Positions 1-8,909 are shown, numbered from the stretch's first letter. The stretch is DNA of 41,164 nt from an uncultured Dehalococcoidia bacterium (GCA_950072105.1 CATMOE010000031.1:1-41164); one strand, 5' to 3'. Translations and numbers: made by a program. The notes: generated by a model not told the origin, from the sequence alone.

Positions 1-2
1 GG

Positions 3-1211
3 GGCCGGGGCTCCGTGGTCCGGGACGTCAACGGCAAAGAGTACTTGGATTTTAACTCGGGCCAGATGTGCGCCGCATTGGGGCATAACCACCCACGCAT
101 CGTCCAAGCCCTTCAGGAAAGCGCCGACACTCTGATCCACAGCCACATGAGCATGTTCAACGACCGGGAGATTATCCTGGCCAGCCGCATGGCCGAGATC
201 TCGCCGCCGGGGATGAACCGAAGCATGTTCCTAACATCGGGAAGCGACTCCAACGAAGCGGCCATGGCCATCGCTAAGCGCTACACCGGCGGCTACGAGG
301 TGGCTAGCCCCGCAGTTAGCTTCCACGGTATGAACGACTCCACCCGTGCGGTCACTTTCTCCGGGTGGCACGAGGGGTACGGCCCTTACGCACCGGGCAA
401 CTACCCCATTTTCGCGCCTTACAAGTACCGGTGTACCTTTTGCCAGGAGCGTTCGGCATGCGACTTTAGCTGCTTGAACTCAAGTTTTGAACTGCTTGAC
501 GCCCAAGCTGCAGGTCAATTGGCGGCGGTGATCACTGAGCCTCTGTTCAGCGCCGGTGGAGTCATCGACCTGCCCGAGGGCTGGCTGCGGGAGTTGAAAA
601 AGAAGTGCGAGCAACGGGGTGCTCTACTGATCGTGGATGAGGCCCAGACCGGCCTGGCCAAACTGGGCACGATGTGGGCCTTCGAGCAAGAGGGAGTGGT
701 GCCCGACATTTTCACGGTATCCAAGCACTTTGGCGGCGGCATAGCCATCAGCGCCGCCGTGACCACCGACGAGATCGAAGAGAGGGTGGCGGAGACGGGG
801 CTGGTGGTAGGCCACTCTCACTCCAACGATCCATTACCCTGCAATGCCGCAATAGCCAGCATCGACATCATTCTGGAAGAGGTACTGGTGGATGTGGCCA
901 AGAACATTGGCGCTTATTGGAGATCCCACCTGGAAGAGTTGGCCCGGCGGCACAGCATGATTGGTGACATTCGGGGTAGGGGGTTGGTCCAGGGCATCGA
1001 GTTGGTGGAGGACAGAGTAACCAAAGAACCAGCCTATCGGGCCGGACAGGAAATCGGTCGCATCTGCCTGGAGAATGGGCTTATCTTGAGCGTGCGCCGG
1101 CGGGGATCGGTGTTCCGTTTCGTGCCCCCGTTTACCACCACCGAAGACCAAATGGACTTGGCGGCCGATATTCTCGACCAAGCATTTCGCCAGGTAACCG
1201 GCCCGGCTTAA
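3..1211 (+). CDS. Class III PLP-dependent aminotransferase, 2,2-dialkylglycine decarboxylase-like (5' end truncated by window edge)
   Basis: The frame is open to the left edge (GRGSVVRD...). Motifs DFNSGQM, SGSDSNEAA, SFHG, EP..SAGG, DEAQTG and SK (PLP lysine) are present. Confidence 0.9.
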   Translation, partial: GRGSVVRDVNGKEYLDFNSGQMCAALGHNHPRIVQALQESADTLIHSHMSMFNDREIILASRMAEISPPGMNRSMFLTSGSDSNEAAMAIAKRYTGGYEVASPAVSFHGMNDSTRAVTFSGWHEGYGPYAPGNYPIFAPYKYRCTFCQERSACDFSCLNSSFELLDAQAAGQLAAVITEPLFSAGGVIDLPEGWLRELKKKCEQRGALLIVDEAQTGLAKLGTMWAFEQEGVVPDIFTVSKHFGGGIAISAAVTTDEIEERVAETGLVVGHSHSNDPLPCNAAIASIDIILEEVLVDVAKNIGAYWRSHLEELARRHSMIGDIRGRGLVQGIELVEDRVTKEPAYRAGQEIGRICLENGLILSVRRRGSVFRFVPPFTTTEDQMDLAADILDQAFRQVTGPA

Positions 1212-1292
1212 ATCACTCAGGCGAAGGATGAAGCGAAAACCTAGACTAGAATAAACCCTGGCCTTCAGCCCTATTTCACGAAGAGGAGACTG

Positions 1293-2444
1293 ATGGAATT
1301 TGACATAGAACAAACCGATGAACTCTTGAGCACGACGCGGGCGGTTCGCCTTCGCCTTGACTTGGAACGTGATGTGCCGGACGACTTGCTGCTGCGCTGC
1401 ATAGAGCTGGCGGAGCAGGCGCCGACAGGGGCAGGCGTATCCAGCCGCCGCTGGCTCGTTATCAGGGATCAGGAGACTAAGTCCCGGCTCGCGGAACTGT
1501 ACCGGGCGGCTGGGGGCAGCCGGATGATCGATAGATCTCAACAACGGGGCAAGGCGGAGGACCTTCAAGAACGAGTGGCGGATTCGGCGGCCCATCTAGC
1601 CGCGAATTTGGAAAAAGTTCCGGTGTTGGTTCTGGCCACGATCTGGGGTGTTCATGACGGCAGTGGACGGCCTGGACTATTTGATTCAGTGATTCAGGCT
1701 GCCTGGAGTTTCTGTCTGGCGCTGCGGGCGCGAGGCCTGGGTTCGGCCTGGACCACCCTTCATCTAGGCAAGGCCAAGGAGTTCGCGGACCTACTGGGGA
1801 TTCCCGACGGCGTCACCCAAGTCGTGCTGCTCCCCGTCGCTTGGACCATCGGCACCGACTTTAAGCCCGCGTCGCGCCGGAATACCTCGGAGATCGTTTG
1901 GTTCGACCGGTGGGGGTACACTAAAGAAAATCCGGGCGAAGTAAGCTCATTAATTGCGGCCGCTCCGGGAGTTACCGTTGAGATCGACATCGCCGCTTCG
2001 CCGGAGCGTGTCTGGGAGTTGGCGAGCGACATAAACATTTCTGCCCGGTTCAGCGATGAGTTCCAAGGCGCCGACTGGATCGATGGCGATGGCCCCAGCG
2101 TAGGCGCGTCATTTCGAGGCAGAAACGAGCGGGCCGACGCGAACCGGGTGTGGGAAACGACATCATACGTTGTCGCGTGCGAGCCGTCCCGGGTTTTCGC
2201 CTGGAACGTGAATGACCGCGACCAGCCCAGCGCCCAATGGCGGTTCGAGCTGGAAAAGATACCCTCAGGCACCCGGTTGCGCCAGGGGCTAATCATCGGA
2301 CCTAGCCTGTCAGCCACGGGCAGAGCGATGGAGGCGAATCCCGACCAGGCGCAGCAGATCCTCACCAACCGGCGGGAACAACACCGGGGCAACATGCTTC
2401 TGAACCTTGAAGGTATCAAACGCCTTGCGGAGGCGGATGTCTGA
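1293..2444 (+). CDS. Nitroreductase-family domain fused to an SRPBCC/polyketide-cyclase-like domain
   Basis: N-terminal TTRAVR, AEQAPTG and LALRARGLGSAWTT (nitroreductase). C-terminal VEIDIAASPERVWEL, GASFRG and WRFELE (SRPBCC). GAGGAG RBS. Confidence 0.85.
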   Translation: MEFDIEQTDELLSTTRAVRLRLDLERDVPDDLLLRCIELAEQAPTGAGVSSRRWLVIRDQETKSRLAELYRAAGGSRMIDRSQQRGKAEDLQERVADSAAHLAANLEKVPVLVLATIWGVHDGSGRPGLFDSVIQAAWSFCLALRARGLGSAWTTLHLGKAKEFADLLGIPDGVTQVVLLPVAWTIGTDFKPASRRNTSEIVWFDRWGYTKENPGEVSSLIAAAPGVTVEIDIAASPERVWELASDINISARFSDEFQGADWIDGDGPSVGASFRGRNERADANRVWETTSYVVACEPSRVFAWNVNDRDQPSAQWRFELEKIPSGTRLRQGLIIGPSLSATGRAMEANPDQAQQILTNRREQHRGNMLLNLEGIKRLAEADV

Positions 2445-2503
2445 CGTCTTGAGATTGAATCCCCGTTGGACAATCCTATCTAAGTCAATACAGGAGGACG
2501 AAA

Positions 2504-3289
2504 ATGCCATACGTAGATAGCGCAGGTGTAAGCATCCACTACCACGTCGAGGGGGACGGCCCTCCGTTAGTGCTGCAGCACGGCCTCACCAGCAGCCTGC
2601 AAAACTGGTACGCCTACGGATTCGTGGAAGAACTGGCCAAGGACTACCGGTTGATCATGGTGGACGCCCGGGGCCACGGACGCAGCGGCAAACCCCACGA
2701 CCCCAAGGACTACGACCTGAAACTGCGGGTGAACGACGTTCTGGCGGTGATGGACGACCTAGGAGTGGACAAAGCCCACTACATGGGATATTCCATGGGA
2801 GGCCGTATCGGCTTCGGCATCGTGTTGCACGCTCTCGACCGGTTCCACTCGTTGATCCTCGGCGGAATCAGCGCGGACACTGCCAATACTGACGTTCGTC
2901 CCGAAGACCGGATCTCGTTGCTGCGGCAAGGAATTGCCCATTACGTGGCCGATGACGAGGCGAAGGAAGGCCCAATGGAGTCGGGACGCCGGGAACGGTT
3001 GCTGGAGAACGACCCCGAAGCATTGATCGCGGCGACCACCGCGCCCAGAGGAACCGATGGCGTAGAGGATCTGCTGCCCCAGCTCAACATTCCCTGCCTG
3101 CTTTACTGCGGCGAAGCCGACGGGTTCTTCCCTGGGGCCAAAAAAGCCTCCCAGCTCATACCCAACGCCCGATTCGCGTCATTCCCCGGCCTAAACCACG
3201 GCCAAGCATCCCGAGCCGCGGAAGCGGTACTACCCCACGTCACCAAGTTCCTAAAAGAAGTTACGCAGAAAGTGGGAGCGGGCCGTTAA
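2504..3289 (+). CDS. Alpha/beta fold hydrolase
   Basis: HG oxyanion motif, DARGHGRS, GYSMGG nucleophile elbow, GEAD and NH. AGGAGG RBS. Confidence 0.92.
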   Translation: MPYVDSAGVSIHYHVEGDGPPLVLQHGLTSSLQNWYAYGFVEELAKDYRLIMVDARGHGRSGKPHDPKDYDLKLRVNDVLAVMDDLGVDKAHYMGYSMGGRIGFGIVLHALDRFHSLILGGISADTANTDVRPEDRISLLRQGIAHYVADDEAKEGPMESGRRERLLENDPEALIAATTAPRGTDGVEDLLPQLNIPCLLYCGEADGFFPGAKKASQLIPNARFASFPGLNHGQASRAAEAVLPHVTKFLKEVTQKVGAGR

Positions 3290-3301
3290 CGGCCCGCTCC
3301 C
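3274..3301. terminator. Perfect 28-bp palindrome overlapping the hydrolase stop codon; probable terminator/stability hairpin between convergent genes
   Basis: GGGAGCGGGCCGTT|AACGGCCCGCTCCC. It has no poly-U tail. A second hairpin GCCGCCT...AGGCGGC follows at about 3318-3338. Confidence 0.5.
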
Positions 3302-3343
3302 GGATGACAGTGTTGAGGCCGCCTGGCGATAGGCGGCTAAGAA

Positions 3344-4600
3344 CTAGGGCGCTAAGCCGGCCGTGCCCGTCCGGCTACCAAGTTCGCCGGCTTTGCCCTT
3401 TGACTCGTAGGGTTTCAACTGAATCTCGTGAAGGGCGGGGATGACTTCCTTGCCCATCAACTCGATGGACCGCATTACGTCCTTGTGGTCCATCGCCCCC
3501 TCGTTGCCGTAGATATGCAAGTATCCGGGACTCAGCTTGTCTATCATCTCGGACAGCTTCCGGGTAACGGTTTCCGGACTTCCCACGATGATATTGTTCA
3601 CGCCTTGTAGTTGCTCGTAGGTTAGCCCGACTCCCAACCCGCCGGCACCGGCAACATTGCCGGTGGGGCGCTGGGCCTTCACCTGCACGGCCGCCCTGGA
3701 CTGGTAGCCTGGAGGGTCGTTGTGCTCAACAGGTCCCCGTTGGCGATGCTCGATGGTCCACATGAACTCCCGGCCGATCTCGATGGCCTTTTCGTCAGTG
3801 TCGGCAACGAGACAGCGTAGCAGATATCCAAAGTGCTCCGGGCCTGCCTGGTATCCTTCTTCTTCGGCCGTGTCGATGTACACCTGCTTCAGCCATTCGG
3901 TTGTGTCCACCAAGGCGCCCAGGTTCATGTAAGGATGGCGGTGTTTGGCGGCCCAGACCACGCTTTCGGGACTACCGGTGCCTGGGAACCATATGTCCGG
4001 GTGGGGCTGCTGCATGGGCTTCACCCACGGATTGACCACCCGGTATTGGTAATGCTTGCCCTCAAAACGGAAGGGTCCCGGCTCGGTCCAGCACTTTATG
4101 ATCAGGTCGTGGGCTTCTTCGAAGCGGGAGCGATTCTCCGTGGGGTCGAGCCCAGCTTGAAGAGTTTCCACGGCGGTCCCCCGGACGAAGCCGGAGATGA
4201 TCCTGCCGCCGGAGAAGCAATCGAGCATGGCGATCTCTTCGGCCATGCGGATGGGGTCGTTGACGGCGATCACGTTGCCCAGGATGGCGATCTTCACCTT
4301 GGAGGTGAGTTTGGCGATCACCGCCGCATCCAGATTCACCGCAGGCTTCATGCACCAGTAGGAGGCGTGATGCTCGTTGGTCATGATCCCGTCGAAGCCT
4401 ACCTCGTCCGCCAGAACGTATTGTTCATGGTACTGGTTGTACAACACATGAGCCTTTTCAGGGTCGAAGTGTGTGTTGGGAAAGAACAGCCGGCCGGAGT
4501 CATACTTTTCCAAGTCTTCGTCCCCGACGTGCCCGTAGGGCTGCTCGGAAAACCAGAACACTTCGACTTTGTCTTTGGGTCGGGCTAGTTGATCAACCAT
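3344..4600 (-). CDS. LLM-class (luciferase-like) flavin-dependent monooxygenase
   Basis: GFDGIMTNEHH, PIRMAEEIAMLD, SGGRIISGFVRG, PMQQPHP and VGSPETV. Start moved to ATG 4600 behind AGGAGGAG. Confidence 0.93.
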   Translation of the reverse strand: MVDQLARPKDKVEVFWFSEQPYGHVGDEDLEKYDSGRLFFPNTHFDPEKAHVLYNQYHEQYVLADEVGFDGIMTNEHHASYWCMKPAVNLDAAVIAKLTSKVKIAILGNVIAVNDPIRMAEEIAMLDCFSGGRIISGFVRGTAVETLQAGLDPTENRSRFEEAHDLIIKCWTEPGPFRFEGKHYQYRVVNPWVKPMQQPHPDIWFPGTGSPESVVWAAKHRHPYMNLGALVDTTEWLKQVYIDTAEEEGYQAGPEHFGYLLRCLVADTDEKAIEIGREFMWTIEHRQRGPVEHNDPPGYQSRAAVQVKAQRPTGNVAGAGGLGVGLTYEQLQGVNNIIVGSPETVTRKLSEMIDKLSPGYLHIYGNEGAMDHKDVMRSIELMGKEVIPALHEIQLKPYESKGKAGELGSRTGTAGLAP

Positions 4601-4807
4601 GGATTCTCCTCCTGTGTGGAAGTTGATATGCTCGCGGCCGCGAGAATAAACCAAACTCGGTTTTGTTCCTTGATTGCCTATGGTATCGGCGTTAGTCGGA
4701 ATTATAGCCACGGTGGGGCTTCTCAGCAACCGGCTCAGAACATGTTGCCATCGTATAAGCCCATGGCGGCTAGCAATGTCGCTAGACGATTTTGGTGCAT
4801 GGACCAG

Positions 4808-4890
4808 AACCCCCTCTCTAACTCCCCCCGTAAAGGGGGCGAGAATAAGCTCCTTCCGCTTTTATGGATGAAGGTTGGGATGGGGGTGAT
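4808..4890. repeat. REP-like extragenic palindromic element
   Basis: ACCCCCTCTCTAACTCCCCCCGTAAAGGGGGCGAGA ... GAAGGTTGGGATGGGGGTGA. It has C-run/G-run hairpins and an inverted partner, and resembles the element at 12803-12893. Confidence 0.6.
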
Positions 4891-4921
4891 TTGCCTCCAT
4901 CGAGATTAACTCGATGTTGTG

Positions 4922-5812
4922 CTAGCCAACGCGGCAGTATTTGAGCAGGCGCTGGCCTTCCAGGTTCCGGTTAACGTACATGTCGCCCTTGGAATCCACC
5001 CACACGGCATGGGCGCCGGTCCCTACTTCCGCCTCGGTAGGCGGACCCCAGCGAGTCAGCAACTTGCCTTCCATGGTAACGATGCTGACCAATGCGTTTA
5101 GCTCGACGACGTACATGGTGTTGTCGGCGTCCACGTAAATGTCGCACGGACGGGCAAAATCGGTCCATTGCTCGATGAATGTTCCGTCCGCGGTGAATAC
5201 CTGTATCCGGTTGTTCTCGCGGTCGGCCACGAATACGCGTCCATCGGTGTGCACCCACACGCCATGGGGAATGTGAAACTCTCCGGGAGCGGTCTTGCCG
5301 GGTTCTCCCCAGGAGAACAGCAACTCCCCACCGGCCGAGAATTTGTGCACGCGGGAGTTCCCGTAACCATCGGAGATGTACAGGTCGCCTTGAGGGTCAA
5401 GGGCGACGTCGCTGGGGCGGTTGAACGGCCCGGCAGCCCGCACCGCGGGTTCGTTGTAGTTGCCCGACCAGCCCGTGTCCGATGGCTGGTCTCGCACCCC
5501 CAAGGTCATTAGCAGGTTGCCTTCCCGGGTGTATTTCAGCACAACGTGGTTGTTTTTCACCGGCAGATATAGGTTGTCATCCGAGTCGATGAACATGCCG
5601 TGGGCGTCGGTCAACACGCCCTCGCCCCAGGAATCCAGGTAATTGCCATCCTGGTCCAGGACGATCAAGGGATGCTCGCTCCGGTTGAATAAGTAGACCC
5701 GGTCCTGGGAATCGGTAACGATGGCCGTCTGACCCAGGACCCAGCCATCGGGCAACTTCGCCCAGTTTTCCACCAATTCGTATGTGTGCTTTCCCGTCCC
5801 AATAGTTGCCAT
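4922..5812 (-). CDS. NHL-repeat beta-propeller protein (peptidyl-alpha-hydroxyglycine alpha-amidating lyase-like)
   Basis: FNRPSDVA, YISDGYGNSRVHKF, GEFHIPHGV and VADRENNRIQVF repeats. Confidence 0.9.
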   Translation of the reverse strand: MATIGTGKHTYELVENWAKLPDGWVLGQTAIVTDSQDRVYLFNRSEHPLIVLDQDGNYLDSWGEGVLTDAHGMFIDSDDNLYLPVKNNHVVLKYTREGNLLMTLGVRDQPSDTGWSGNYNEPAVRAAGPFNRPSDVALDPQGDLYISDGYGNSRVHKFSAGGELLFSWGEPGKTAPGEFHIPHGVWVHTDGRVFVADRENNRIQVFTADGTFIEQWTDFARPCDIYVDADNTMYVVELNALVSIVTMEGKLLTRWGPPTEAEVGTGAHAVWVDSKGDMYVNRNLEGQRLLKYCRVG

Positions 5813-6204
5813 GTCTAGCTCCTTCGCCGAGATTCTTGGCCGGCCCGGCCGTTGCCCAGATGCCTACTATATCGCATTGGATATCTCCCGGCTTGGATAG
5901 GACCCGGACCACCCACCCGGTCTCGGACAGGGGCCAGTGCTCAATCAACCCCGGAGTAGATCGTCAACCAGAAGAAACATGGTCCGGCAGGACCGAAGCC
6001 CTCCAGGTTGTTGGCGTGGATCGTATGATACTGAGGATACTGCAGCGTGTCACGGTTGATAACATAAAATATATGTCTGATACGAATTGACTGGCGTGAA
6101 TGTATGTTGTAGCGTGCCAATCAACGAACGACATCCAGCGCCGGGCACCGGCACAACCCACACCTTAAGAGGTGTCGGGAACTTCAATTTTGCGAGGAGC
6201 GATT

Positions 6205-6318
6205 ATGTTGGAAGAACTTATGTGGATCACAATAAGCATGGTGATCGCGACGGCGATACTCATGGGGGTCTTGTGGGTCACCATACCGGGTAAGAAGTCA
6301 GAGGGGGAATCTGATTAG
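6205..6318 (+). CDS. Small single-pass membrane protein, 37 aa (not in ORF track)
   Basis: MLEELMWITISMVIATAILMGVLWVTIPGKKSEGESD. GAGGAG RBS lies 5 nt upstream. There is a hydrophobic run of about 23 residues followed by KK. Confidence 0.65.
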   Translation: MLEELMWITISMVIATAILMGVLWVTIPGKKSEGESD

Positions 6319-6427
6319 CACGGAACCTGCGGCAATATTTGTCACCTTGTCACTGCCGTGACTGATGGGGTTATGGACACACAATTATGTAGGCGGATCT
6401 GATACACCTTGTGATGGGAGGGTTACC

Positions 6428-6784
6428 GTGAAGCGAGATATGGACCTGGTAAGAAAAATACTGCTGGACGTAGAAGAATCCGATGAATGGCGACACTCTG
6501 CAGTCACCATTGAGGGGTTAGACGATGAAATGGTTTCATATCACGTCAAACTCCTTCATCAAGCCGGGCTCATCGAAGCCGTTGATAAAACATCACTTGG
6601 CACACTATGTTGGCATCCTACGACGTTGACCTGGGATGGCCACGAGTTTTTGGACGCTGCCAGGGACGAGTCTCGATGGGGCACAGCCAAGAACACGTTA
6701 CTTAGCAAAGTAGGCGTTTTATCTTTTGACTTGTTAAAAGATAAAACGCTCAACCAACTCGCCAAAGGGCAACTGGCGGGATGA
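6428..6784 (+). CDS. DUF2513 (YjcQ-like) domain protein
   Basis: (M)KRDMDLVRKILL, YHVKLLHQAGLI and LTWDGHEFLDAARD..RW are the family pattern. GTG start after GGGAGGG. Confidence 0.85.
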   Translation: MKRDMDLVRKILLDVEESDEWRHSAVTIEGLDDEMVSYHVKLLHQAGLIEAVDKTSLGTLCWHPTTLTWDGHEFLDAARDESRWGTAKNTLLSKVGVLSFDLLKDKTLNQLAKGQLAG

Positions 6785-6868
6785 CCGTTAGCTGCAAGCT
6801 GGCGCAAGTGTCCACACCGAAGCACATAGGCAGGCCTGCCCGCGTGGCAACGGAGGCACATACCTGGT

Positions 6869-7941
6869 ATGCCTGACAAAATGCCAAAAGCGTGCGTCAT
6901 CATAGGGGCGGGAGCGTCTCACGACGTCTGGAATGAAGGCGCGGCCCATGTCAACATCCCTTGGCAGCCCCCACTGGCGACGGACTTATTCGACATTGGG
7001 AAACACCCCGAATATGCACCAATCCTAAGTAGATACCCTGGCGCCGAATTCCTCTCGCAGTATCTAGGGCCTGTGTCGGCTCAAGGCGGGCACGCCATAG
7101 ATGAGGCATTGAGAGACCTGGCTTTCCACGACGACCCTCGGATATCCAAGCAGTTCAATCAAATTCCGCCATATCTGCGTGATCTGATCTACCATACTTC
7201 CAGGCAGTATGCACCGATTCCCAGTTGCTATATCCAATTGGTTATTGAGTTGTTAACGACCACACCTCATGAAGTGCTTTTCTTAGTTCTAAATTACGAT
7301 GACTTGCTGGAGATAGCTCTTGGCCGCTTGGCGAGTCTAACCAAAGAGTTTCAATTCAAAGAGATTGATGACTATATTTCTCCGGGACGCCAGGCCAAAG
7401 TAGTGAAACTCCATGGCTCCATTGATTGGTTTGTCCAGATGCCCCATTATGATAATGACTGGGCATTCGCGGTTGGTGAGCTGAAATTGTCTAGCTTGAC
7501 TGATTCTCCTATTTGGGTCATCGGAGATGTAACTGATGCGAAGATTCATCGAATGCCTAGCAGTCACGACTATTCTTATCCAGTAATCACTGCGCCCCTT
7601 GCAGGAAAGGGGTCAAGTGCTACGGTGTGCCCTGCCACTCACATTCAGGTTGCAAAGGATTTCTCCGGGACTGCCGAAAATTCTTGATTATCGGCACAAG
7701 CGGGTTAGACGACGATCTCTTAATGCTTCTAGATGACTTGGTTCCAACGGATAAACAGTCATTCCTTCACTTGGTGGATATGGGAGAAGGTGCTACTAAG
7801 ACGCTGGAGCGGTTTAACAAAGGCGTACGCGCCTTCGTCCGACCCTATCAGGTCCAGTCACTATTCGACATGGGGTTCCAAAAATATCTAGCCACCAGAC
7901 AGATTTCGGAATTTACCGAGTGGCATCCTAGCCCTGAGTGA
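6869..7941 (+). pseudogene. SIR2-like (SIR2_2) NADase-fold protein, about 357 aa, interrupted by a -1 frameshift near 7654-7663
   Basis: IIGAGAS, LNYDDLLE and KLHGSIDW are in the first frame. The expected C-terminal IIGTSGLDD motif is in the -1 frame (ORF 7627-7941). Confidence 0.8.
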
Positions 7942-8041
7942 CACCGTAACCCCGCCCCGACGGCCAACGTCACGTTGTAGGCCAGTTGGCTCACTGAATA
8001 CGGGCGCGATGAACCCTAATTATTAACCAAGGAGCACAGAA

Positions 8042-8812
8042 ATGGAATTTGACGGAAAGGTTGCTATTGTTACTGGGGGAGCGTCGGGTATTGGGGAGGC
8101 TATTACCAACGAGCTGGCGGAGAACGGGGCGACGGTGGCCATCGCCGACCTGCTGGAAGACGTGGGGCGGGAGACCGCGCGGGGGTTGGAAGCCCGAGGG
8201 TTCAAGGCTAGGGTATTTCCGGTAGATGTATCCGACGCCGCTCAAGTAGGGGCTATGGTCAAGAGCGTGGTGGAAACCTATGGCGGGGTGGACATCCTGG
8301 TGAATAACGCCGGCATCGGCCAGCGTTGCGCCATACTTGATATGGCGGTGGAGGAGTGGGAGCGCGTCCTGGCGGTGAACCTGAGGGGGAATTTTCTGTG
8401 CTCCCAAGCCGTTGGCAAGGAGTTGGTGCAGCAGGGACGGGGCGGGCGCATCGTCAGCATAGTTTCCACCGCCGCCGAGAACGCTCGTATCAATGCGGGG
8501 GCCTACTGCGCGTCCAAGGCAGGCATCCTGCAGTTCATCCGGGTATTGGCTCAGGAGTTGGGCCAATACGGCATCACCGCCAACGCGGTGGGGCCGGGCC
8601 TTACGGTCACCGGCAACCCCCTGCGAGAACCCGTGTCCGAAACATATCTGGGGGCTTTTCTGAAAGAAGTCCCGCTGGCCCGGCCGGGCAGTCCCAAGGA
8701 TATCGCCCAAGTTGTGGCGTTTCTGGCCTCTTCAAAAGCAGATTACATCAGCGGACAGGTGATATACGCGGATGGGGGCTACTCGGCGGGTAAGCTTTCA
8801 GTTCAGGATTAA
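8042..8812 (+). CDS. Short-chain dehydrogenase/reductase
   Basis: TGGASGIG, NNAG, YCASK and NAVGPG. AAGGAG RBS. Confidence 0.95.
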   Translation: MEFDGKVAIVTGGASGIGEAITNELAENGATVAIADLLEDVGRETARGLEARGFKARVFPVDVSDAAQVGAMVKSVVETYGGVDILVNNAGIGQRCAILDMAVEEWERVLAVNLRGNFLCSQAVGKELVQQGRGGRIVSIVSTAAENARINAGAYCASKAGILQFIRVLAQELGQYGITANAVGPGLTVTGNPLREPVSETYLGAFLKEVPLARPGSPKDIAQVVAFLASSKADYISGQVIYADGGYSAGKLSVQD

Positions 8813-8833
8813 GACCCCAGCGGTGGCGATGAC

Positions 8834-8852
8834 TGGTGGAGCCGGGGGGATT
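8834..8852 (-). other. 19-nt tmRNA/tRNA-Ala-like 3' end (candidate att-site scar)
   Basis: The minus strand reads AAT-CCCCC-CGGCTCC-A-CCA: T-loop end, T-stem 3' strand, acceptor strand with U70, discriminator A and CCA. The rest of the gene is absent. Confidence 0.5.
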
Positions 8853-8853
8853 G

Positions 8854-8909
8854 TGGCCTCCGGGTAATTGGTAGTTCAAGTCCAAGCCATCCAACTACCT
8901 CGGAGGCCA
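8854..8909. repeat. Imperfect inverted repeat between convergent SDR and protease genes
   Basis: TGGCCTCCGGGTAATTGG (8854-8871) pairs with CCAACTACCTCGGAGGCCA (8891-8909), with one indel and one mismatch. Confidence 0.65.

Noticed and set aside
7685..7687. Selenocysteine readthrough at the other premature TGA codons (7685, 14760, 38684)
   Set aside because: In each case the homologous sequence continues in a different frame, not in frame.
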